Source of the DNA: Candidatus Velesiimonas alkalicola
Lineage (GTDB): Bacteria; Omnitrophota; Gorgyraeia; Velesiimonadales; Velesiimonadaceae
Direction: 5' to 3'
Assembly (NCBI GenBank): GCA_013626165.1
Contig: NDHX01000004.1
Coordinates: 565 to 64,564, forward strand
Length of the DNA stretch: 64,000 nucleotides
Of this stretch, positions 39,150-48,791 are shown piece after piece. Positions within the stretch are counted from its first letter, which is position 1. Each line of letters opens with the position of its first letter. The notes beneath the pieces were generated by a model. It saw only the letters and a list, made by a program, of their open reading frames with translations, was not told where the DNA came from and ran no database searches. A program made the position numbers and the translations under genes.

Positions 39150-39270
39150 TAATGGACGATTCTATTTATTATTCACATTTTCTTGTTTGAATCATTTTCA
39201 TTTAATTAGAACCGTCCCCTTTTCCGTTTTCATTTCTCAAAAAGTAGCCTGTCCCCTTTTCTACTTTTCT
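39150..39270. repeat. ~110-bp conserved repeat upstream of hicB (copy 2)
   Basis: Near-identical to 38440–38580 (…cacattttcttgtttgaatcattttcatttaattagaaccgtccccttttccgttttcatttctcaaaaagtagcctgtccccttttcta). Confidence 0.8.
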
Positions 39271-40079
39271 ATTCCATATCTCGGCATGTCCTCTATGACA
39301 AACGTGTTTTCATAAGGTACATCAATTGTAAAAAACCACGCAAAATCAAATATTGTGAGGATGCGCTCTGCTATATTGGTTGGATTGCCGCTCATCTCAT
39401 TGATGATATTAACAAGCCCTTCTATATAAACATCCGTGTATGCAACCGTTTCTGGGGTTGTCGCCGGCGCTGCGGTAATGGTGAGAACACCGTTGACGAA
39501 TGTGATCGTATAATTCGTTGCTGTGCCATCTGCCGCTGTGATGGTATAGCTGCCGACATTTGAACCTGTAGTTGCTGCCGTGTTCAATGTTAATCCGCTT
39601 ACCACTGCTGATGTGTCAGTTCCCTTTAAACCGCTGTATGTTGCGGTCAATGCCGGATTTGCATCGCCATACACCTTGCTCTTATTATCCGCTGTTATGG
39701 TCAGAGGTGCAGGGTTCACAGTCAATGCGCCGTTTACATAGCTAATGTCGTAGCCCTGCTGGTTGGAGTAGTAGCCGCCGGGTGTGATGACATAGCTGCC
39801 GGCGTTGATTGCGCCTTGCGAGGTTCCGCCGTAAACCAGTGCGCCTGAGAGCACAGGAGATGGGATGCTGTAGGTTATGCCGCTGCCTCCGCTGTAAGCC
39901 AGTCCGTCATAGGTCTTGCTGTCGTTGTTTGCCGTAATGGTCAGCGGAGTCAGGAAGGACTTTAGCAGGGGATAGGTGTTGCCCTCGTAGATGCGCCATG
40001 TGCTGGTAAAATCCCAACTTTGTGCCGTTGCGGTCAACAGGGAATATATATTCAATTCTGCCGTATGAAAGTTTGTCAA
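39261..40079 (-). pseudogene. Fragment of a TpsA/large adhesin exoprotein (MBG-domain repeats)
   Basis: Repeated LTITA(N/D)N.SK.YG(D).. segments are the MBG domain. There is no signal peptide or TPS domain. It starts inside the tpsB-like ORF in another frame. Elevated GC. Confidence 0.5.
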
Positions 40080-40896
40080 GGTCTATCTTGTCAAGCCCTG
40101 TTACGCCCCTTAACATGAGGAGGTCTCCATCTGCGACAAGGCTGCCTGTATCAAACCATATTGATGCCCTGTGTTTGCTGATGACTTCTGATCCGAAGTT
40201 GTCATAGCTTATGCCTGCTGATATATATCGTGAGTCCGTTGCCGCTGCAATAATGTCGGCTGTGCCGGGCTCTTTGCCTGCCTTTAAGGATGCCTTTACA
40301 TTAAGGGACGGGTATTCGTTGAGGATGAGAAGCGCCCTTTCAAGTGTATCTTCTTTGAGGGACGGGTCTTTCCTTGCTGTTTCAAGGCGCTTCTGTATGA
40401 ATTCGGCGCTGTAATGTTTATTGCCTGTGACAGCAATGTCTCCTATTTTGCCCTCTATTATTCTAATTCTTACTATTTCCTTTTCTATATCCTGTGCAGG
40501 GATGAATGCATAGGCTATTATGTATCCCTTCTTACGGTATTCATTTGTGATTGCCTCTGCTATATTGCTGATTTCAGAAAGGGTAAGTTCTTTGTTTTCA
40601 TAGGGTGCGGTTATGGACCTGATTGTTTCGACATCAAGCAGTGTCGCACCTTCTACTTTGAATTCACTGACTTTAAACCTGACAGCATCCTTATCTTTTT
40701 CCTCAACCTTATCTTTTTCTATTTCTATGACAGGCGGTTCAGAAGGTTTTTCAGGCGGGATGAGTTCTTTTCTTTCAAGTTGCTTCAATACCTCGCCGCT
40801 CTTTTCCTGAGCGTGGACAGAAAAACAAAAGGCGCTGCAGATTGAGAAAAATGTTGAGAAAAACAATACAACAATCAAGCCCCTAAACCGTTTCAT
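39907..40896 (-). pseudogene. N-terminal part of a ShlB/FhaC-type two-partner-secretion transporter (POTRA domains only)
   Basis: Signal peptide, POTRA region and the beginning of the beta-barrel (ISYDNFGS...LMLRGVTGLD). Only 329 aa against ~550 aa; the barrel is missing. Confidence 0.6.
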
Positions 40897-41260
40897 ATAT
40901 GCATCCCCTTTTAATGATTAACAGCGGAAAACTTTAACAGCAAAAATGTTATCGCGTTTGAAAAATAAAAAGTCAAGCAAAATAAAAAGTCAAGCAAGTT
41001 TACAGGGGTCAGTTTTTACCTGCCCATTTACGTCCCCCTCTACGCCTTTTGGGGAAAACTTACCTATTACCAATATACCACATTTCATTAAACCTGTCAA
41101 GTACAATTTTTGGAAAAACTTAACTCGATTCATGGTGTAATTATCCTAACACATATCTCAGGTTCATGTCAAGCCTGTTAGAGAAACCAATATCTATAAA
41201 CACTTTTGGCATCAAGCAATTCTCTAACAGGGTCAAGTAACATGCAAACAGGCTGAATAG

Positions 41261-42355
41261 TTACGGTTTTTCTAAAATAAACCTTACTGTTTCAACTACT
41301 TCATTAACGGTTATGCTTTTAAGACATTTTCTATCTATTGGGCAACTTTTTAGTTTGCAGGGTGAACAAGGGAGGTTTTTATAGAGAACTACATTATTCT
41401 TTCCCAAGGGCCCGGATTTCAGAGGATTAGTTGGTCCATATATTCCAATTACCGGGCATTCAGCTAAAGTAGCTAGATGCAATCCTCCGCAGTCATTACC
41501 AATGGTTAATGAAGAAAATTTTAAAATACCAAGGCTGTAAACTGGGTCTTCTCCAAATCTTGCATCCTTCAAAAGTGGAATTATTGGTTCAAAAGTCATC
41601 TTTCCTTTAATTTTATGAAGAAGTTTTTTTTCTGATTCGTTCCCAATGAGAATCGTTTTGTACCCCATTTTAGAAAGATTATCAGAAAGCAAGGCAAACT
41701 TCTCTTCTCCCCAGGATTTATAAGGATTCCCAGCGCCCGGGATAATGGAGATGAAAGGACCTTCAAAATCATTCAGAAACTTTTTGGCTATAGAAAGAGA
41801 TTCTGGAGGGATGTTAAATTCTGGACCAAAGTTAACTTCTCCAAAGCCAAGAATGCGAGTTAAAGAGAGTAATCTGGCGGTTATGTGAACCTTTCTTTTA
41901 TAGTAAAACCGCCAGCAGGAAAAAAGTGGATTTATGGAAAGAAAATGTTTCGGCATCAGAAGCCAGATGTAAAATGAAGGCAAAAACTTTCTTTGTGTAT
42001 CTACAATAAGGTCAAATTTTCTAAAAAATCTTCTTAAAAATGAAAAATATGTTTTAAAATCCCTTTTCTTTTTTGGGCTTTCATAATGGATATATTCGTC
42101 TATATAGGGGATAGTTCTAAAAATTAAATCACAGGTCGGTCTCTGATATAAGCCAAGATAGATAATCTTTGCCTGAGGAAACATCTTTTTAAAACTGCGA
42201 AACAAAGGAACACTATGGACCAAATCTCCTAATCCTCCTCCACTTTTATATACAGCTATATTTTTTATTCTCTTCTGAAGCGTAAGATATGCCTTTTTAT
42301 GATATGCACGCTTAAACAAGGCATCTGAATAATCCCTAACCCTATAAAATTCCAT
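41261..42355 (-). CDS. Glycosyltransferase family 9 (heptosyltransferase-like)
   Basis: GT9 N-terminal motif KSGGGLGDLVHSVPL; C-terminal GNDCGGLHLA. Confidence 0.75.
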   Translation of the reverse strand: MEFYRVRDYSDALFKRAYHKKAYLTLQKRIKNIAVYKSGGGLGDLVHSVPLFRSFKKMFPQAKIIYLGLYQRPTCDLIFRTIPYIDEYIHYESPKKKRDFKTYFSFLRRFFRKFDLIVDTQRKFLPSFYIWLLMPKHFLSINPLFSCWRFYYKRKVHITARLLSLTRILGFGEVNFGPEFNIPPESLSIAKKFLNDFEGPFISIIPGAGNPYKSWGEEKFALLSDNLSKMGYKTILIGNESEKKLLHKIKGKMTFEPIIPLLKDARFGEDPVYSLGILKFSSLTIGNDCGGLHLATLAECPVIGIYGPTNPLKSGPLGKNNVVLYKNLPCSPCKLKSCPIDRKCLKSITVNEVVETVRFILEKP

Positions 42356-42358
42356 AAT

Positions 42359-43090
42359 CTATCTTTTTTGAGCCTTAATTATAAGATGGCGGCTATAAAG
42401 CATTTCGGGGGAAAGTAAAATTTTAAAAATGCGGCTGTAATCCATACCGCCTTTTTTCTTTCCACGTTGACACTTAAAATATGCGTGTAATTTCATTGTT
42501 GGAAAACAAACGATAGAAAGTATTCTTGCCTGTATAAGAGAGATGGAAGAAAATATCTTCTCAGTCTTAAATCCTGTGTCAAATAGAATATATTCTAATT
42601 CAGGATATTTATAGGCAAAAAGATGAATATTAAAAAGATTATGTTTGGAAAAGGCAGATAGCTCCAGGGGCGGCTCACGAAAGTAGTCATATGTGCCTTC
42701 AAAGAGAAATCTCAATCGAGATTTGAGGTTTAAAATGTTTGGTGTAGACAGTATTAAAACTCCTTCTGCTTTAAGAACCCTGTTTATTTCTCTCAATACA
42801 AAATAGGGATTCTTCAGGTGTTCAATTACCTCTAACATAACAACACAGTCAAAACTCTTTTCTTCAAAAGGTAAATCCTCGTTGTTTAAATCGCCCTGCC
42901 TGAACTCAATTTCACCTTTATACCGAAAGCGAGACTGGTCTGCATCTTGTGCTATAACCTCAAATCCTTTATCCTTGGCCTGCTTGGCTAAACTTCCTTC
43001 TCCGGTTCCCAAATCAAGCAACCTTGTTCTCGGTTGATTTTCCAAGATCTTAATTACTTTATTATGCAAATAATTAATTTTATATCCCAT
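42359..43090 (-). CDS. Class I SAM-dependent methyltransferase
   Basis: LLDLGTGEGSL motif I; D..LE.IEHL motif. Confidence 0.8.
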   Translation of the reverse strand: MGYKINYLHNKVIKILENQPRTRLLDLGTGEGSLAKQAKDKGFEVIAQDADQSRFRYKGEIEFRQGDLNNEDLPFEEKSFDCVVMLEVIEHLKNPYFVLREINRVLKAEGVLILSTPNILNLKSRLRFLFEGTYDYFREPPLELSAFSKHNLFNIHLFAYKYPELEYILFDTGFKTEKIFSSISLIQARILSIVCFPTMKLHAYFKCQRGKKKGGMDYSRIFKILLSPEMLYSRHLIIKAQKR

Positions 43091-43944
43091 TATATTTTCT
43101 GAGCATATATTTCCAGGACATTACCAAGACCGAAATAAACAAGCCATCGCCACAGAACAGGAGATATTTTTCTTGTTAACCTTCTCTTTATCTTAAATCC
43201 GCATTTTATCAATAAATCCGAGAGTGTCCTTGCACTGAAGAAGAAAATGTGCTCCCGACTCTCAGTAAATCCACGCCATTTATCTTTTTGCATCCAGTAT
43301 CTTTGACATCCGATATTGGGAGTAGAGATAGCAATCATCCCATTAATCTTCAATAACTGATAGGCTCTTTTTATGTCTGTTTTAGGATCTGCTACATGCT
43401 CAATTACATCAAACATAGTAATCAAATCAAATATTTCTTCTTTTTCAGAAAAATCCTCTAAAGTACCTCTATAGATAGGTAAGCCTGTCTTTTTATGTGT
43501 TATATCCGCAATAACAAACGAGGGCTCAATACCTTCTCCTTCCCATCCTGCAAGTTTAGCATAATGAAGAAATTCTCCCGAGGCACAGCCCACATCTAAA
43601 AGTTTCCCTGGTTTCATCATTTTCTTCAAAAAAGATAGTCTGAGTGGAATCCTTATATTTGGCGGATAAGGATAAAGTAGCTCTTCTGGAATCACCTTCT
43701 CAGGCGATGGGCTACTTATATCTTCGGAAGAATTTTCCTGGTATATTTTCAACAACTCTTTATACTCGGGTTGCGGATTCATATATACCAATCCGCAATT
43801 TAGACAACGCACAATAGTGCGAGGAAAATATTCAGAATTTGGCTGTTTCAATATTATCTTTGTTTCGTCCTTTCCACAGAGATTACAAGAGATATAATAC
43901 ATATTCACAGGGTAATATTTCTTAAAACTTATGCGAAGTTTCAA
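43090..43944 (-). CDS. Class I SAM-dependent methyltransferase with N-terminal Zn-ribbon
   Basis: CNLCG...CLNCG zinc ribbon; LLDVGCASGEF motif I; FDVIEHV. Confidence 0.8.
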   Translation of the reverse strand: MKLRISFKKYYPVNMYYISCNLCGKDETKIILKQPNSEYFPRTIVRCLNCGLVYMNPQPEYKELLKIYQENSSEDISSPSPEKVIPEELLYPYPPNIRIPLRLSFLKKMMKPGKLLDVGCASGEFLHYAKLAGWEGEGIEPSFVIADITHKKTGLPIYRGTLEDFSEKEEIFDLITMFDVIEHVADPKTDIKRAYQLLKINGMIAISTPNIGCQRYWMQKDKWRGFTESREHIFFFSARTLSDLLIKCGFKIKRRLTRKISPVLWRWLVYFGLGNVLEIYAQKI

Positions 43945-44195
43945 GGGATTTTTTAGTTTTCTCTATTTCGTTTTTGTTTAAAGTAGTTGAGACCGAAAAA
44001 GTGCCTTTTTTCATGATTACACAGATAAACTCTGTTAGGAATTTATTTCTAAACAGGATAAAACAACCTTTTAATCCCTGCCCCGTTAGATGTTTACTAT
44101 CTAACGGGGTGAATGTAATATTTTCAAAACTTGTCCTCGTGAAAACGGGGATCTGTGTTTCTAACAAAACGCAAGTATTTTCGGAAGTCTTACCC

Positions 44196-44543
44196 TTAGG
44201 TGAAGATACTTTTATGCAATAGAAGTGTTTTTTCTTTTTCTTTTGTCCAGCCGTTGTCAGGCATCAGAGGTTTATCTAAACCTGTATGGGGATATACGAT
44301 TGCTTTGCCATTAATCTTGCCCGATTTTACAAGACTTAAAAATTCAATACTGTGCGATAAATCTCCTACGATACTTATGTGATTATCAACATTGATTTCT
44401 TTGTTATATATAAATTCCAAAACTTTTTTTGTATCTGACCAATTGCCGCCAGATGAGCCTGTTATTATCATTTCATCATAGTGAACTTTTCTCATATCAA
44501 CACCGATGATGCTGTCTGCTAATTTCAATCCACCGAAAAGCAT
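44196..44543 (-). pseudogene. C-terminal fragment of a medium-chain Zn-dependent alcohol/polyol dehydrogenase
   Basis: 115 aa matching only the C-terminal ~third of MDR enzymes (…DEMIITGS…GKINGKAIVYP). The N-terminal catalytic domain is absent. Confidence 0.45.
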
Positions 44544-44657
44544 GGTGAGCAGGATGGAATCCTATTTTCAATCCCCATGTTGCTGCAGCCCAAGGGGCTA
44601 AAAGCCATCCACCTGTCAAAGAAGTTAAAGGGGTCAGACCCCTTTAATCTTTTCGCT

Positions 44658-44849
44658 TCATATTGCAATTTCTTTCATCTTGTGTTCTTCAGGTACATCA
44701 TCCATAGCCATCAATAGATAGGCATCCTTAATATTTTCTTCCAATTCCTCAAGAGTCTTTGCCTGGGTCATGATTTCCGGATGTTCGAGAAGTTTCCCAA
44801 GCCAAAATTTCTCTCCCTTCCAATAAATCATGGTCATTTTTGCATTCAT
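44658..44849 (-). CDS. HicB-like (UPF0150) antitoxin, apparently without a toxin partner
   Basis: 63 aa; KFWLGKLLEHPEIMTQAKTLEELEENIKDAYLL resembles HicB-family antitoxins. An aaccgtcccctttt motif lies upstream (44900–44950). No HicA-sized ORF is adjacent. Confidence 0.5.
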   Translation of the reverse strand: MNAKMTMIYWKGEKFWLGKLLEHPEIMTQAKTLEELEENIKDAYLLMAMDDVPEEHKMKEIAI

Positions 44850-45122
44850 GGTTCTTCTGATCGTTTAATTTCATCCGTACCATTCATAAAATTTGAAATC
44901 TCCTTTGGAGATAAAGGGGAGATAAAGAACCGTCCCCTTTTCCTGCTTTATAGGTAAGGATAAATTTATTCAAAAACCAAGACCTGACCCCATTAGCGTT
45001 CAAAAATGCATTTTGGAGGGACATGCTCTCTAGATGTGGATATTGATTCACAACAATAGCAAGTTTCTCCGTTTAAATCCATCATGCCCTCTTCCCCGTT
45101 AGAATGAAACCAAGCTAATCGT

Positions 45123-45530
45123 TCAGCTAATTTGACGCACTCTTTTGACTTTTATAATCGCATATCTTTTTTCTTTTTTTGAATCATAATTAACATTAAC
45201 CAATGTTATCATAATAACTCCCAATGCAATCGTGGAAGACCCTACGTCTATCCTTATCCCTTGGCTTTGCGTATCAAATTTCACATTAGCAATTACAGCC
45301 TCATCCCATATTGAAGTGAGTTCAATCTCTCTATATTCAAATTGATATTTTTCATTTAATTTAAGAGCATATTCTTTATCAGGTTCTAAAATCCCCATGT
45401 TTTTTGACTTTTGCTTATGATACCACCTATGGAAGCACGCCTTAATTTCAGGCCATTTTAAAATTATGATAAATACCATCATAATTATGTTAAGTATTAG
45501 ACTAATAGTCTCTATCATCATTAACCTCAA
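45123..45530 (-). CDS. Hypothetical membrane-anchored protein downstream of the type IIL R-M gene
   Basis: N-terminal TM helix. No recognisable motif. Co-directional with 45561–48698 after a 30-nt gap. Confidence 0.4.
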   Translation of the reverse strand: MRLMMIETISLILNIIMMVFIIILKWPEIKACFHRWYHKQKSKNMGILEPDKEYALKLNEKYQFEYREIELTSIWDEAVIANVKFDTQSQGIRIDVGSSTIALGVIMITLVNVNYDSKKEKRYAIIKVKRVRQIS

Positions 45531-45560
45531 TTTCAGATAAGATAATCGAACACGGTTCGT

Positions 45561-48500
45561 TTATCCACAACTGTAGATTACCGAGCATTCTACTTCTGGA
45601 TATAGATTGTCTATATTTTTTTGAATTTCTATTGTCTTTTTCAGGGCGGTGGCGATTTGGCAGTAGTGTTTTATGTCATTGAGGGAAAGGGTTTTCCCTT
45701 TTCTGTCTTTGAGCCATTTGTTGAGCACTTGATAACCACCGATTTGGTATTCCCAAACATCTTTTTCTATTCCCTCAAAACATTGGTCCTTGTTGATGTA
45801 GACCTTTTTTTCTTTTTCACTGTATTTCGGATTCTCCATTCTTCCACTGCCTCTTTCTGGAAACTGGGCAAGGGGATCATCTAACGCTATTGATTTCAAG
45901 AGATGCAAACCAACAAGGACTTTTCCATATCTTTCCATTTTGATGAACAAATCATAATCCTTCGTAAAAGGTATCCTCGGAAAGTCTACTTTTAAAAATT
46001 CAGCGTATTTCTTGCGGTAGACATTGGAATAGAGAGTGCCGTAAATATAAAAGAAAATTTCTTCGGGAGAAGGCTCCTGGCTATAAACTTGAGATAATTT
46101 TTCCACTAATTCAGGGTTGAGGTTGGGTTTCTTTTCGCCTGATTCTAAATGGCTGAACAGACCTTTCTTATCAGTATTGGGGTAGAGGTAGAGAGGACAA
46201 ATAGTATTGTTTGCGAAAGCACTTTCAAAAACACAACTTTCAACAATAAGATCTGACACAAACGTGTAAGAAAATGGTGTCATCTTATTCTGCCTTTTAA
46301 TAAGGAGGCCCAAATTCTCCTGTATCATATGCTGCATTACTTCTTTGCGTGAGCGTTCTATAACAGCATCATGATAGAAAATCCATTGTTTATCAAAAGG
46401 GCGGTAGAGAATTTTTGTAATTGCCTGCTCCCAATCGTCATCTTTTGCTAATTCTCTTCTAACTTCAGCAAACTTCCAGCCTCTTGTATCTTTTAATTTA
46501 AAAGTCTGTTTAACAAGTTCATCGGGCATTGATAGGTTTCTGAACATCGCTATCCGTCTTTTTAAGACATCTTTATCAAAATCAATTACAAATTTATCTC
46601 TTGCCGTAACAATGCCAACACAATTAACAGGAAAAATATCCGTTACTTTCCAGTATTTCTCATAAATTTCTCTCCCTTTCTCTTCTCGTGGGATAAAGAA
46701 GTAATAAGGACTTGTTGGGCTTAGCTTTTTCCATTGGGTCGTTTTTATATCATTCCTCAAAAGCCAATCGCTTTTCTTTTCTCTCAATCCCCAAATCTCT
46801 GAATGATGGACCTTACAGTCAAATCCCCCCTTACCCCCCTTTTCTAAAGGGGGGATGGGGGGCTTACTCTTTATAAACAAAGCAATAGCCACTCCTTGCT
46901 GAATATCAAATACATTATTATCTTTAGAGCCATCGGGGCATTTCTCTTTTTTCAAACTGTTACCATGTAAATCTAAAATATAAATTTCGTTAAAGCTCTT
47001 CATCAAAGACTGCCGCATACCTCTGAATGTGGGATTATCAAGATAACTATGATTGGTGATAAATCCTAAGACTCCTTCACCTGCCTGGTCTATCTTCCAC
47101 TGGGCAAAACGAATAAACTTAACATAATCGTCCTGAAGCCATTTTGGATTCTTCTCGCCAAGTGGTTTGCTGTCAACCTGAAAGTAAGCCTTAATCTCTT
47201 TTGATATCCAATTACCGATGTTAGAGGAATGACCTGAATACGGCGGATTGCCGAGGATTACCAGTATAGGCTGTTCTTTTTTAACTTTCCCGGCTAAATG
47301 GGATTCCTCGGAAAGAGAAGCCATGCCGGGAATCTCGGCCTGGGCAAGCTCCTCCATCTCTAAGGTATTAGTGAGATAGAGTTTGACCCTATCGTCCCTC
47401 TGGAGTCTATAACCAAGTCCTTCTAATAGAAAAGACATCTTTAAATGGCCAACTGCATAGGGCGCCATCATTAGTTCAAAGGCATAGAAATTTTTAAGGA
47501 TATGTTCCTTGATAAATTTTTCTTTACCCCCCTCACCATATTTGGAGACAAATTCTTCTACGGCTAATTTGGATGCCTCAGCCAAAAAGGTAAGCGTGCC
47601 GGCGGCCGGGTCTAAAACAGTAACCGAATCACTGGCAAATCCATCTGCTCTATTAAAATGTTCCTTCAAAATATCTTGTAAGGAACGGGCAATGTAGGAG
47701 ACCACAGGTTCGGGAGTATAATAGACACCCCTCTTTTCCCTCGTTTGTGGGTCATATTCAGCTAAAAAAGTTTCATAGAAGTGGACAATGGGGTCTTTGC
47801 CCTTGCCTTCATGGAAATACTGATGAAGGATATTTTTAACATCAGTAACGGCTAAGACTTCGGAAATATCGTCTATAATCCATTCCATCTGCGGGGGCAA
47901 CTTGCCGCGAGAAACAAACTCAAAAACATCTCGCAATATTCCGATAGTGCCGGGGATATTATCATAAGCCAATTTGCGGTTAAATCCATTTTGTGAGCGA
48001 GTGCGAGCCGCAAAAAGACCATAGGTGATAGTCTGAGCGTATAGATCGGCAAAATCTTCCCTGGTAAGCCCCTTGATGAGATATTCCTGAAATGCCTTAT
48101 AGAATCCCAGGATAAAACCTTTGCCTTTTTCTTCCTCTTCTTTTAATTCTTCTATGATGACTTGGTCTTTCAAGAAACGGGTTCTTTTGGCCAGTTCTAT
48201 AGCCAAAGACTCTGCGGTATAGGTTTGAGGAAGAGAGAAAGAGAAAAATTTGTTTAATAAGCCCAGGAAATCTTTTTCCTTCTCTACAGGGGGAATTGTT
48301 TTTAATGTGTGGATAATAAAAGGCCGGGCAATAAGAACTCTATCAATTAATTGCCCATTACGGTACAAGCGAAATTCAAAAAAGTTGGTCAGGATAAGAT
48401 TGGGAAAAGTTTTAAGGTATCTCTTAAGCTGCTCAGTGTCTTCTATAATATCAAGATTCTTCTCTATGGGCCTTTTTGCTTCTATGTATCCGACAATGTT

Positions 48501-48698
48501 TTGCTTCCCATCCCAAATTCTAAAATCGGGGTTGCCGGCATCAGTCTTTTTAGGCAAGGTAGTGATATAAATCCGCTTTTTATTGATGGAGTTAGAAAAG
48601 GTTTGGAGAAGTCCTTCCAGAGTAGAATAATAACTTTCCTCACGGGCATCTTCTCTTAAGGCTACCTCAAATATTTTTCTTAAATATGCCTTTAGCAT
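45561..48698 (-). CDS. Type IIL/IIG single-chain restriction-modification enzyme (MmeI family)
   Basis: N-terminal PD-(D/E)xK module (…PDFRIWDG…GYIEAKRP). Central gamma-class N6-A MTase: motif I VLDPAAGTLTF and motif IV GNPPYSG. Long C-terminal TRD. 1045 aa. In-frame GC-rich insert at 46822–46866. Confidence 0.8.
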   Translation of the reverse strand: MLKAYLRKIFEVALREDAREESYYSTLEGLLQTFSNSINKKRIYITTLPKKTDAGNPDFRIWDGKQNIVGYIEAKRPIEKNLDIIEDTEQLKRYLKTFPNLILTNFFEFRLYRNGQLIDRVLIARPFIIHTLKTIPPVEKEKDFLGLLNKFFSFSLPQTYTAESLAIELAKRTRFLKDQVIIEELKEEEEKGKGFILGFYKAFQEYLIKGLTREDFADLYAQTITYGLFAARTRSQNGFNRKLAYDNIPGTIGILRDVFEFVSRGKLPPQMEWIIDDISEVLAVTDVKNILHQYFHEGKGKDPIVHFYETFLAEYDPQTREKRGVYYTPEPVVSYIARSLQDILKEHFNRADGFASDSVTVLDPAAGTLTFLAEASKLAVEEFVSKYGEGGKEKFIKEHILKNFYAFELMMAPYAVGHLKMSFLLEGLGYRLQRDDRVKLYLTNTLEMEELAQAEIPGMASLSEESHLAGKVKKEQPILVILGNPPYSGHSSNIGNWISKEIKAYFQVDSKPLGEKNPKWLQDDYVKFIRFAQWKIDQAGEGVLGFITNHSYLDNPTFRGMRQSLMKSFNEIYILDLHGNSLKKEKCPDGSKDNNVFDIQQGVAIALFIKSKPPIPPLEKGGKGGFDCKVHHSEIWGLREKKSDWLLRNDIKTTQWKKLSPTSPYYFFIPREEKGREIYEKYWKVTDIFPVNCVGIVTARDKFVIDFDKDVLKRRIAMFRNLSMPDELVKQTFKLKDTRGWKFAEVRRELAKDDDWEQAITKILYRPFDKQWIFYHDAVIERSRKEVMQHMIQENLGLLIKRQNKMTPFSYTFVSDLIVESCVFESAFANNTICPLYLYPNTDKKGLFSHLESGEKKPNLNPELVEKLSQVYSQEPSPEEIFFYIYGTLYSNVYRKKYAEFLKVDFPRIPFTKDYDLFIKMERYGKVLVGLHLLKSIALDDPLAQFPERGSGRMENPKYSEKEKKVYINKDQCFEGIEKDVWEYQIGGYQVLNKWLKDRKGKTLSLNDIKHYCQIATALKKTIEIQKNIDNLYPEVECSVIYSCG

Positions 48699-48791
48699 CT
48701 GGGATTATTCCTTAAGCTAAATCTTATTTGCCTCTCTTACTCTTCTATGATAATGGTAAATTTTGTGTAATTATGTAGAATATGTAGCTGT

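Noticed and set aside
38459-39315. ORFs 38459–38776 and 39088–39315 (plus strand)
   Set aside because: Their shared peptide (LFPFSCLHLFHLIRTVPFSVFISQKVACPLFY) is just the translated hicBA upstream repeat. They overlap hicA and hicB on the other strand. Spurious.
44625-44650. Small hairpin aaaggggtcagacccctttaa as terminator of the HicB-like gene
   Set aside because: The stem is only ~5–6 bp, and on the transcribed (minus) strand it is not followed by a U-run.
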